A DNA stretch of 64,000 nt, taken from positions 5,700-69,699 of the forward strand of contig JAKLIV010000002.1 of assembly GCA_022709405.1 (NCBI GenBank), in the 5' to 3' direction. The position numbers and the translations under genes were made by a program. The notes below the pieces were generated by a model. That model saw only the letters and a list, made by a program, of their open reading frames with translations, was not told where the DNA came from and ran no database searches. This stretch comes from Spirochaetota bacterium. GTDB lineage: Bacteria; Spirochaetota; UBA4802; UBA5550. Shown here piece after piece: positions 39,250 to 47,988 of this stretch. Numbering within the stretch: position 1 is the first letter of the stretch; every line of letters starts with the position of its first letter.

Positions 39250-40091
39250 CAGATCTGCTCTCCGAGAGTCTTGATCTGCTTGTATGTGTAGACCGGGCCG
39301 TCGGTGCACACCAGCGTTCTGCCGATCGCGCAGTGCTGGCATTTGCCGATGCCGCATTTCATGTGCCGCTCGAGCGTGGAGATAATGTTCTCCTCTCTCA
39401 TTCCGCGGTTGACCAGGTCTTTGATGACCGAGTTGAACATGATCGGAGGCCCGCAAACGAATGCGACCGAATTGTCAACGGGAACTTTCGCCTTCTCGAC
39501 CAGGGTGTTGACGAATCCAACCTCGTATTTCCATCCCGGCGCCGGACTGTCTATCGTGGTGTATATCTCAACGCCCTCGATCTTCCGCCATTCGTCGATG
39601 TTGTAATTGTACATGAGGTCCTGGGGAGTCCTGGCCCCGTAAAGGACGATCACCCTTCCGAATTCATTCCTGTGCTGCAGGACATGAACGATCGATGACC
39701 GGAGCGGAATGATTCCGATACCGCCGGCGACATATATGACGTTCTTGCCCTTGATTTCATCGAAGGGGAAGCCGTTGCCGAATGGTCCGCGAATACCGAC
39801 CTTGTCGCCGGGCTGCAGCGAGTGAAGGACCTTGGTCACTTTTCCCGCCGCGCGCACCGAGATGTGAAAACGGTCGTTCTCGGGGCTGGGAGGCAGCGAC
39901 ACGGCAAATTCGCCCGCGCCGAAGATCGTGCACATGATGAACTGGCCCGATTTGATCTTGAAATTCTTGGCCACTTCGGGGTTCTCGAATTCGAGATAGA
40001 ACGTGCTTGTGTCTTCTATCTCTTTCTTGATTTCCTTGATTACCGCTACTTCAGGTACCGTTATGACTTTATATTCACTCATAATACCCAC
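39249..40091 (-). CDS. FAD/NAD(P)-binding oxidoreductase with C-terminal [2Fe-2S] (AsrB/HydG/PyrK family)
   Basis: 280 aa. VIYVAGGIGIIPLRS NAD fold. C-terminal MKCGIGKCQHCAIGRTLVCTDGPVY cluster motif. Confidence 0.75.
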   Translation of the reverse strand: MGIMSEYKVITVPEVAVIKEIKKEIEDTSTFYLEFENPEVAKNFKIKSGQFIMCTIFGAGEFAVSLPPSPENDRFHISVRAAGKVTKVLHSLQPGDKVGIRGPFGNGFPFDEIKGKNVIYVAGGIGIIPLRSSIVHVLQHRNEFGRVIVLYGARTPQDLMYNYNIDEWRKIEGVEIYTTIDSPAPGWKYEVGFVNTLVEKAKVPVDNSVAFVCGPPIMFNSVIKDLVNRGMREENIISTLERHMKCGIGKCQHCAIGRTLVCTDGPVYTYKQIKTLGEQI

Positions 40092-41162
40092 CTATTCGTT
40101 AATTTCTCTTTCAGTAATTTCTCTCCTGACATAAGTCACGACATTGGGCAGACCGATGTCGCCGGGGCACACCCACGCGCAACGCCCGCAGCCGACGCAG
40201 CCCGGCCGAAGGTATTTTTTCGACTGTGAATAGGAGAGTTTGCAGAAGAAGCGCTTGTTGCGCCTGTCTTCAATCGGTTTGCGGGGGTTATGATCGCCGG
40301 CCATCCTTGTGTACCCTTCGAAGGAGCAGGAATCCCATTCGCGCATCCTGTCGACCGCGGTGTCGGGCTTGTTGAAGTCCTCGATGTTGAAGCACGAGCA
40401 GGACGGGCATACGAACGAGCAGGCGCCGCACTCGAAGCACTGATCGCCGATGAACTCCCATACCTGGGGCTTGATGAAGCCGGTCGTGATCCTGTTCATC
40501 ACGCGTGAGATCCAGGCCTTGTTTTCGACCGCCTCTTTCTCGAATGAATCGAGGGACTTGTCGACGACCTTCACTTTTTCGGCCGCATGGGCGGCCTCGG
40601 ACTTCTGCAGGCCCATTTTCTCGCAGAGTTCCTTGCCCTTGTCGCTGCCGACTTCGATTAAATACGAATCGCCGATGTCGGTCAGGTTAAGGTCGTATCC
40701 CTCTTTCGCCGAGGGGCCGCTGTCGGTGCAAGCGCAGAAGCACTGCGCGAAAGGCTTTGTGCAGGTGTTGGTCACTATGAACATCTGCTTGCGATGAAGC
40801 AGGTACACGTCGTCGACGAATTCCTGTCCCAGAAAAAACCTGTCGAGGCACTGTATGCCGGCCAGATCGCATGAACGCAGGCCGAATATGGCCTTTGCCT
40901 GAGGGACGACGACCATCTTTATGTCGACGTTTTTGCTGTTCCTGTCGTATTTGTATCCCAGTATCTTCTCGATTTGGGGAAACACGACGCTCTTCGGGGG
41001 AAGCGCGGGGATCGGGGCGTTCAGGTCAATATCGTTGACGCTGTCGACTTTCGTCAGGAAAGCCTGCCCGGATTCCTTCTCGACCACCGGACCGTAAACC
41101 GCATAGGATTTCTCCAGCTCTTGCGCCAGTTTTAATACTTCGTTCTTTTTTATTAAAAACAT
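40092..41162 (-). CDS. Fe-S subunit of the AsrA/HydB family (two 4Fe-4S motifs)
   Basis: 356 aa. CFECGACSFVCPSC and CVGCGRCAWVCP. Its stop abuts the start of the HydG-like gene. Confidence 0.7.
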   Translation of the reverse strand: MFLIKKNEVLKLAQELEKSYAVYGPVVEKESGQAFLTKVDSVNDIDLNAPIPALPPKSVVFPQIEKILGYKYDRNSKNVDIKMVVVPQAKAIFGLRSCDLAGIQCLDRFFLGQEFVDDVYLLHRKQMFIVTNTCTKPFAQCFCACTDSGPSAKEGYDLNLTDIGDSYLIEVGSDKGKELCEKMGLQKSEAAHAAEKVKVVDKSLDSFEKEAVENKAWISRVMNRITTGFIKPQVWEFIGDQCFECGACSFVCPSCSCFNIEDFNKPDTAVDRMREWDSCSFEGYTRMAGDHNPRKPIEDRRNKRFFCKLSYSQSKKYLRPGCVGCGRCAWVCPGDIGLPNVVTYVRREITEREINE

Positions 41163-41165
41163 AGC

Positions 41166-43172
41166 TTATACCTTCTCAATTCTTACTGGGATTATTGCGT
41201 CTTCGCCTTGTTCTAATAATTCTTTATGCTCCATGAGGAATTCCGAAATCATGTCCCTGATGAAGTACGGAACATACGCCGACTCGGATTTCACATCCGG
41301 TGTCACTTTTACCGTGACCTTCATGGAGCCGTAAGGAGAAACCACTTTAACCGGCCATTTGTCGCGCACCTGGATGCTTTTCGCGTCCTCGGGGCTTATT
41401 TCGACATAGCCTTTCGGATACAGAAGCAGGGTCGCATTGTATTCCCTCATGGGGATGAAGGTCCTTCTCATGAGGTTGTTCTGGTGCCAGAAATGCTGGG
41501 CCTTTCCGGTCATCATGAGATAGGGGAACTCGGTGTTCTTCTCGGCCCCCTTGAAATTCGCCGAAACCGACACGAACTTGATCTTGCCCTTGGCGTCGCC
41601 CGCGTTGAATCTCGGGCAGCCCTGCGGGTACTTGTCGTTGCACGGCCACTGGATTCCGCCGATGCCCTTGAATTTGTCGTACTTGACGCCGGAATAGTTC
41701 GGGGTAAGTGACGCTATCTCGGCCATTACCGCGGCCGGAGAATCGTAATTCCACTTCGCCCCGGCTTTGGCTGCAACCATGGAATAAACCTGCCAGCCCG
41801 CCTGGATGCCCTTGACCGGCTCGACTTTCCTGTGCGAAAGCTGTATGCGCCTGTCGGTGCTGGTGAACGTGCCGTCGGATTCCACATAGGTTCCGATCGG
41901 TATCACGACGTCTGCAAGTTCGGTGAACGGGTTGTTGAACGCGCCGAAATAGACGACGAAATCGAGGTCATCGATCGCCTTTTGCTGGCGGACGATCAGC
42001 TCGTCATGGTCGACCACGACAAGGCCTTTGAGCTTCTTGGCCGCGAGCAGGTCGTACACGTCTTTACCGTTTTCGACCGGAAGGTCCGCGCCCCACGCCT
42101 TGCCGAATTTCTTGGCCGTTTCGGCATCCTTGATGCTCTGGAATCCGGTCAGCAGATCGGGAGCGACGCCCATATCGTAGGTTCCCTGGAGGTTCGCGAT
42201 CCCGGCGATCGGGTTGACGCCGCATCCTTCCTTGCCGATTTTACCGGCAACGACGAAAAGATTGTATATGTAGCTGATGGTGTCCTCGTCGAGGCCCGAT
42301 ATTCCCGACGAAAAGAAAGCCATCGCCGTTTTGGCTTCAGACAGATTCTTGACGACCGCGGCTATTTGCTGGGCGCTCACGCCGGTAAGGGACTCGATGT
42401 CCCCGTCGTTCAACGATCCGAGCGAGTTGGCGAATCCTTCGAAGCCCTCGGTGTATTTCTGGACGAAATCCGCATCGTGAAGGTTCTTTTCGATAAGCCC
42501 CTTGGCCATGGCCGCGAGCAGAATCTTCTTGGAGCCCGGCTTGCACTGCAGATGGATATCGCTGAGCTTCGCAATTTGCGACTTGCGGCTGCAGATCGTA
42601 ACAACGGTCGAGCCGTTCATCGCCGCCATGTGAATCTCACTTCCGATGATCGGGTTCTGCTTCGTTATGTCGGTGCCGACCACAAGGATGAACTCGGCCT
42701 TCTTGATCTCTTCGATCGATCCGAGCATCCCCGCCATGCCCGTGCCCTTGTACAGGACGTTGAGGCTTTCCCTCTGTCCGGATTCGGACTGAATACTGAC
42801 GTTGTTCGTTTTGAAAACCGACCTGGCGAGCTTCATGAAGAGATAGTTTTCTTCATTTGAGGAGCGGGGCGAAGCGAGGAAGCCGAGCTCTTCGGACGGC
42901 TTCTTGATCCCTTTCAATTTTTCAACCGCGAAGGAAACGGCCTCGTCGTAGCTCGCGCTTTCGAGCTTGCCGTTCTTTCTGATCAGGGGGGTGGTCAACC
43001 GATCATCGGTTCTGATCAGTTCATGGATGTGCCATCCCCTTACACAGAGCCTTCCCTTGCTGACAGGATGATTACGGGAAGGAAAAACGCCGCTAATTTT
43101 CCCGTCTTCAACATTCAGCAGATGGCCGCACCCTGTGCCGCAAAAATTACAAATCCCTGCCTTATAATTCAT
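41166..43172 (-). CDS. molybdopterin-oxidoreductase (MopB) subunit collinear with formate dehydrogenase H (FdhF), but apparently lacking the Sec/Cys-His active-site pair
   Basis: 668 aa. N-terminal CNFCGTGCG...GRLCVRGW 4Fe-4S motif. ...KTNNVSIQSESGQRESLNVL aligns with FdhF TNNVDCCARVUHGPSVAGL, with Gly and Gln at the U140 and H141 positions. No in-frame TGA. Confidence 0.7.
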   Translation of the reverse strand: MNYKAGICNFCGTGCGHLLNVEDGKISGVFPSRNHPVSKGRLCVRGWHIHELIRTDDRLTTPLIRKNGKLESASYDEAVSFAVEKLKGIKKPSEELGFLASPRSSNEENYLFMKLARSVFKTNNVSIQSESGQRESLNVLYKGTGMAGMLGSIEEIKKAEFILVVGTDITKQNPIIGSEIHMAAMNGSTVVTICSRKSQIAKLSDIHLQCKPGSKKILLAAMAKGLIEKNLHDADFVQKYTEGFEGFANSLGSLNDGDIESLTGVSAQQIAAVVKNLSEAKTAMAFFSSGISGLDEDTISYIYNLFVVAGKIGKEGCGVNPIAGIANLQGTYDMGVAPDLLTGFQSIKDAETAKKFGKAWGADLPVENGKDVYDLLAAKKLKGLVVVDHDELIVRQQKAIDDLDFVVYFGAFNNPFTELADVVIPIGTYVESDGTFTSTDRRIQLSHRKVEPVKGIQAGWQVYSMVAAKAGAKWNYDSPAAVMAEIASLTPNYSGVKYDKFKGIGGIQWPCNDKYPQGCPRFNAGDAKGKIKFVSVSANFKGAEKNTEFPYLMMTGKAQHFWHQNNLMRRTFIPMREYNATLLLYPKGYVEISPEDAKSIQVRDKWPVKVVSPYGSMKVTVKVTPDVKSESAYVPYFIRDMISEFLMEHKELLEQGEDAIIPVRIEKV

Positions 43173-44107
43173 ACTGTAAACTCCTCGACCTTTTTTTTAG
43201 GGGCCCGATTGAAAAGGCTGTTCCCTGAATGTCACTTAAGGTGTTTCTCCCCCCGCCGCTGAGCAGTGGCGGGAGGGGGAGGAACATCTTAAATTTTACA
43301 GCAGACTAACCGCTGTACATGTTTTTCGAGTTTGTTAATTATATAGCAGATTCCCGGCAGTTTTGTAAATAGGGGAATAACCTTAATTTACCTGAGTGGA
43401 ACAACCTATACATAGTATATTTTATGTATATTTTTATTATTGTTCCCATGGGTGAGGATTATTGGAAATGAGAAGGAAAGGCTTGCAGGGCTGGCCGCCC
43501 TGCACCCGCTCAGAGTAAAACCTGCCAGAATATGATTGCTCAGAGCAAAAATGACTTATAACCGGCTAATTATAGTTGTTACGTCTTCAGTGCACTGCGT
43601 CCGCTCAGCGCGGCCCTTTGAGCGTGATTTATTCCATGGAATTATTTTTAGAGGCTGCGGAGGTCCATCCTGTCTAATCCTCGCCCGTCGGCTACATCCA
43701 TGTAGCCTCCACTTAAGCTTACGATATTCTCTGAGCGAACCACGCCCGCGGCCACGCTTCAAGCGGACTCCGTGACGCAGGCAGCGCTTTCAACGCCGGT
43801 GCTTGCTCAGAGCAAGATTTCGGCCACGATCTTCTGTACTTACTCATAACGCGGCCATGGATGGCCGCGTTGGGCGAGGCCATCAGGATGATGATCCGAG
43901 CCTTACACTGTTGATTTACTGATACTGGCGTGACTGAAAATTGCGGATGCTTATAATTGATGTTTGTTTGATGATTATCTGTTACTGGAGTGAAGCCTCC
44001 CCGGCGTATAAGGGGCAGCCTCCGCCGGCGTTTGAGGCGGCGGCTTTTTGCTCCTCTTTTTCGCCGGTTGAAAAAGAGGCAAACCCTCCCCTGTCAGGGG
44101 GACAATC

Positions 44108-44142
44108 CCGGCCCGGTACTCCGGGCCAAACCCCCGCGCCGG
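44108..44142. repeat. hairpin repeat copy 1 (CCGGCCCGGTACTCCGGGCCAAACCCCCGCGCCGG)
   Basis: 7-bp stem GGCCCGG/CCGGGCC with a 4-nt loop. Related copies at 45114-45151 and 45189-45214. Confidence 0.6.
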
Positions 44143-44443
44143 TTATCGGCGCATACCTGCCTTCGAGTACCGAAATTTTCTGAAAGGGTGTGCCAAAAGA
44201 ACATTATAACTGTATGATACGATACATAGGAAATTCCTCTGGCAAAAATCCGCTTCAAGTGACTTAATGCATTTTTCTTGTGCTGAGCATGTCGAAGCAT
44301 CGGAACAATTTTTACCTAACCCGAATGTGTATCTATTGACAAAAAAAGCCCCGGATGCAAGGTCTTTTTTCAAATTTTTGCATCAAATCCTCCCTTTTTC
44401 TGACTACTATATGATTCCCATTCAGGCATACAGGAGGCGGCAC

Positions 44444-44992
44444 ATGGCAATAGCACACTTGAACCCGGTAATAGACTCGATCAGCGGCAGCGTGGGGAAG
44501 CTCGTGTTCTACGAGCGGTACGGCAAAACGGTCATGCGCGCATACATCATACCGCCCAATCCCCGCACCGCGGCCCAGCAGGCCAACCGCTCCAGGTTCA
44601 GGCAGGCCATGGCCTCATGGCGGCAATTGCCGGATTACGAGAAAGATTCCTACAACCGTAGGGCCAGGAAGCTTTCCATGACCGGCCACAACCTGTATAT
44701 CTCGCGGTACATGAAGGGAACATCCGTTGCGGAACGCGTGCAGACTGGGATTGCTCCGGCGTACAGGGGGGATAATGACGGCGGATTGTTTCCTGATTCT
44801 TACTCCCCCTCTCCTTTCAGGAGAGGGGGCCGGGGGGTGAGGTCAGCAACAACAAACCCTGCTCAGAGCAAGGTTTCAGATACGCTTCACGGCCTTTACC
44901 GCTCCGTCTCCTCTTCGTCATCACCGGCATACGATCTTTTCCTGCCCCGGTCAGCAGCTGTCACGCACGCCATGCCTCCCGGATCCGATTGA
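44444..44992 (+). CDS. hypothetical protein (doubtful; strong hairpins and palindrome motifs lie inside the ORF)
   Basis: Perfect RBS aggagg 7 nt before the ATG at 44444. N-terminal 110 aa look protein-like. The C-terminal half is Ser/Gly-rich low complexity and coincides with a 10-bp-stem hairpin (44805-44829) and a TGCTCAGAGCAAG palindrome (44860-44873). Confidence 0.3.
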   Translation: MAIAHLNPVIDSISGSVGKLVFYERYGKTVMRAYIIPPNPRTAAQQANRSRFRQAMASWRQLPDYEKDSYNRRARKLSMTGHNLYISRYMKGTSVAERVQTGIAPAYRGDNDGGLFPDSYSPSPFRRGGRGVRSATTNPAQSKVSDTLHGLYRSVSSSSSPAYDLFLPRSAAVTHAMPPGSD

Positions 44993-45113
44993 CCTTTCCC
45001 GTTTTTTCGATTCCCGATGCCCTGTCCGCAAAATTCTGGCTTTGATCTTTTTCAAATACCGTTGAGGCGGTGTCATCTCCACTTTCTCTGGACAAGCAGA
45101 GAAAGTGTCACTT

Positions 45114-45214
45114 CCCGGCCCGGTACGCCGGGCTAAAACCTCTGCCGGAGGTTCCGGCAACAACCTCACCGGTGAAAAAGTAGCACAACCCCGGGCCAAA
45201 ACCCGTGCCGGAGG
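45114..45214. repeat. hairpin repeat copies 2 and 3 (about 26-bp units, 65-bp period) preceded by an 8-bp-stem hairpin at 45073-45096
   Basis: ccgggcTaaaaccTCtgccggaggt at 45128-45152 and ccgggcCaaaaccCGtgccggaggt at 45193-45217. Copy 2 has the full GGCCCGG-TACG-CCGGGC stem-loop. Confidence 0.6.
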
Positions 45215-45347
45215 TATCGTCAAAAAGTGATACTCATATTCAGGGCATACGGTAAATTTTTCTGTTTGACTTCACGCCACCTCCATGAAGGATGAATTAT
45301 GAAGGGGCCGTTATATTTTCGCTTTTCAACATAATTAAAAAAAAGAC

Positions 45348-46427
45348 ATGGACCGTTTCAAACGCATAGCACCGGAAAGCGTTCCGCGGACCACCCGGTT
45401 CGGGGAAGTACCGAAATACGCCGAGGGATTGTACGATCTCGGCAACGACATCTATGCCTGGATGGTGCCCAACGGTTCATGGGGCGAAAGCAATTCCGGC
45501 CTGGTCGTCGGCAAAGGTTCATCCCTGCTCATAGACACGCTGTGGGACCTTAAATATACCCGCGCCATGCTCGAAGCCATGCATCCCCTGGCGCGCCTGA
45601 ACCCGATCCGCACCCTCGTCAACACGCACGCCGACGGCGATCACTGGTGGGGCAACGAGCTTGTCCCCGGGGCCGAAACCATATCTTCCCGCGCCGCTTT
45701 CAACGAGATGCGCCATATCAAACCGGTTTCGATGATACTCATGGGCAGTGTGCTGGGTAAAACCCTGGAATATATCGGAGCGAGCCGGGTCGGGCACTGG
45801 TTCAGCGCGATGTGCGCGCCGTACGATTTCGGCGAGGTCACCCCTTCCCTGCCCGGACGCACTTTCGACAGAGAGCTCACGATCGATGCGGGCGGACGGG
45901 AAATCCGCCTGTACATGGTCGGTCCCGCCCATACCGAGGGCGACGTTATCGTCCACGTGCCCGACGCCGGCGTGCTTTTCTGCGCGGACATCGTGTTCAT
46001 TGACTCTACGCCGGTAATGTGGGCGGGCCCGGTGAACAACATGATCGCCGCCCTGAACAGGATACTTGACATGGACGCCGACATCATCGTTCCCGGCCAC
46101 GGACCGATTACTGACAGGTCGGGCGTGCGCCTGGTGCTCGAATACTGGCAGTACGTCGAGTCCCGGGCGAACATGCGGTATGACGACGGCATGTCCGCGG
46201 CAGAGGCGGCGGCGGATATTCTCCTTTCGATAGATTTCGCCGCGCAGCCGTTCTCGCGCTGGAACTCGCCCGAACGCATGATGACCAACGTAAACACGAT
46301 ATATCGCCACCGCAGCGGCAGGACCGGTCAGCCCGGGGTTCCCGGGCTCCTGAACGTGCTCGCGAAGCAGGCCCGGATCGCGCATCTTCTGCCCGACGCC
46401 CAACCGGCCGTCATGCGCAAGCGGTGA
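45348..46427 (+). CDS. MBL-fold metallo-hydrolase
   Basis: 359 aa. NTHADGDHWWGN and HGP metal-ligand pattern. Confidence 0.7.
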   Translation: MDRFKRIAPESVPRTTRFGEVPKYAEGLYDLGNDIYAWMVPNGSWGESNSGLVVGKGSSLLIDTLWDLKYTRAMLEAMHPLARLNPIRTLVNTHADGDHWWGNELVPGAETISSRAAFNEMRHIKPVSMILMGSVLGKTLEYIGASRVGHWFSAMCAPYDFGEVTPSLPGRTFDRELTIDAGGREIRLYMVGPAHTEGDVIVHVPDAGVLFCADIVFIDSTPVMWAGPVNNMIAALNRILDMDADIIVPGHGPITDRSGVRLVLEYWQYVESRANMRYDDGMSAAEAAADILLSIDFAAQPFSRWNSPERMMTNVNTIYRHRSGRTGQPGVPGLLNVLAKQARIAHLLPDAQPAVMRKR

Positions 46428-46445
46428 TCCACCCGGGGAGGACAC

Positions 46446-47450
46446 ATGAAACTCGTCACCTTTACAGTCAAAAACGGCCAGCCGCAGATCGGAGCGCTCA
46501 TCGAGGGATGCCGCACCATCGCGGTTTTACAAACCGGCGCTGCGGCCATGGACGGAAAAAAGTCGCCGTTTTTCAGCGACATGATTTCCTTTCTCAGGGG
46601 CGGCCTGGAGGCCAGGGACAAGGCGCTGAAGGTCATTGCGTTCATAGAGGCGAAATCCCCCCCGAAGAAGAAAATACCTCTTGCCAGGGCCAGGCTCCTC
46701 GCTCCGGTGCCCAGGCCCGAATCCATACGCGACTGTATGTCGTTCGAACAGCACATCATCAACAGCATAAGGGCGGTCGGATTGAAGAAGCTCGCGCCGA
46801 TCGACGAGTTCATCGAGAAGGCGCTGGGACGCAAACGCACCATCGCCTATTTCGCCAACCGGGAATGGTACCGGCGCCCGATATACTACAAGGGCAACCG
46901 CTTTTCGGTCGTCGGCCCCGAAGCCGAGGTCCGGATGCCGTCGTACACCTCCATGCTCGACTACGAGCTCGAATGGGGCGTGTTCATCAACAGGCAGGGT
47001 TCCGACATTCCCCGTGAACGGGCGCATGAATACATCGGCGGATATACCGTGTTCAACGATTTCTCGGCGCGCGACATCCAGCTCGCCGAACAGGGCGGCC
47101 GCCTCGGGCCAGCCAAGGGCAAGGATTTCGACACCGGCAACGCGATGGGGCCCATTCTCGTCACGCCGGACGAGATGTCCGACCCGTACAACCGCCTCAT
47201 GATCGCGCGCGTCAATGGCAAGGAATGGTCCCGGGGAAATTCCCGCGACATGCGCTGGACCTTCGAGGACACCATATCGTATGTCTCGCGGTCCGAGACC
47301 CTCTACCCGGGAGAATTCATCGGTTCAGGCACGTGCTCGGGCCCGCAGGGAAAGGGCTGCGGCCTTGAGATGGGGAAGTTTTTGAAAAGGGGCGACGTGG
47401 TCGAGCTCGAGGTACAGGGGATTGGCGTGCTCAGGAACCGGATCGTATAA
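46446..47450 (+). CDS. fumarylacetoacetate hydrolase (FAH) family protein
   Basis: 334 aa. C-terminal FAH-fold motifs (GTCSGP..G). Follows the MBL gene after 18 bp. Confidence 0.7.
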   Translation: MKLVTFTVKNGQPQIGALIEGCRTIAVLQTGAAAMDGKKSPFFSDMISFLRGGLEARDKALKVIAFIEAKSPPKKKIPLARARLLAPVPRPESIRDCMSFEQHIINSIRAVGLKKLAPIDEFIEKALGRKRTIAYFANREWYRRPIYYKGNRFSVVGPEAEVRMPSYTSMLDYELEWGVFINRQGSDIPRERAHEYIGGYTVFNDFSARDIQLAEQGGRLGPAKGKDFDTGNAMGPILVTPDEMSDPYNRLMIARVNGKEWSRGNSRDMRWTFEDTISYVSRSETLYPGEFIGSGTCSGPQGKGCGLEMGKFLKRGDVVELEVQGIGVLRNRIV

Positions 47451-47455
47451 TCTGT

Positions 47456-47971
47456 TTACGGATAGGTCTTCATGATCTCTTCGAATTCTGCGAGCAGGTC
47501 CCTGTTCATGAACCCGAGGTTTCGTATCGTCTCAGACGTGAATGTGGCGATGACCGCCTTCGAGCGGGCGCACTCCTTTCCCTTTTCGTTGTAGAGGAAA
47601 CCCTCGATGACCGCCTCGCGGTCGCTCGTTATTTCGGCAACCCGGCCCACGGCCCGGAGCGGTTTTTCGATCATTACCGGCCTCAGAAAATCTACTGAAA
47701 TCGATTTCGTCAGCAGCAGGACCTTGAGCCTGTAGATCGCGGTCCAGCTCATGACCTCGTCCATGATCGTGGTGATCACCCCGCCGTGGACCAGTTTGTC
47801 CCAGCCGCAGCAGTGAGCAGGCACGGCCACGATCGAACATACACGGTCCCCATCGGGAAAAAATTCCATGCGCAGGCCCTTGTCGTTGGTCGGGCTGCAC
47901 CCGAAGCAGTTGTGGTTCCTGATGTTCCGTATCTTCTCGACCGCCGCTGCGGCCATGACGCGCTCTTCCAT
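47456..47971 (-). CDS. hotdog-fold thioesterase (PaaI/4HBT-like)
   Basis: HGGVITTIMDEVMSW hotdog motif. Start taken at MEERVMAAAA (47971) because the ORF track's longer start would overlap the upstream regulator. Confidence 0.55.
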   Translation of the reverse strand: MEERVMAAAAVEKIRNIRNHNCFGCSPTNDKGLRMEFFPDGDRVCSIVAVPAHCCGWDKLVHGGVITTIMDEVMSWTAIYRLKVLLLTKSISVDFLRPVMIEKPLRAVGRVAEITSDREAVIEGFLYNEKGKECARSKAVIATFTSETIRNLGFMNRDLLAEFEEIMKTYP

Positions 47972-47988
47972 TGCGAATCCCCCCTGAA

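Noticed and set aside
41166-43172. Selenocysteine recoding in the FdhF-like gene
   Set aside because: The ORF is uninterrupted, with no in-frame TGA. The residue aligned to Sec140 is Gly. No SECIS-like hairpin was sought further.
45114-45217. Two 26-bp direct repeats with a 65-bp period, considered as a degenerate CRISPR remnant
   Set aside because: There are only two adjacent copies, and they are imperfect (about 85% identical). There are no cas genes or leader in the window. A third copy lies 1 kb away in a different context. This is better described as a small dispersed hairpin repeat.
45519-46445. 308-aa minus-strand ORF
   Set aside because: Antisense to the MBL-fold hydrolase gene. His/Arg/Gly-rich.
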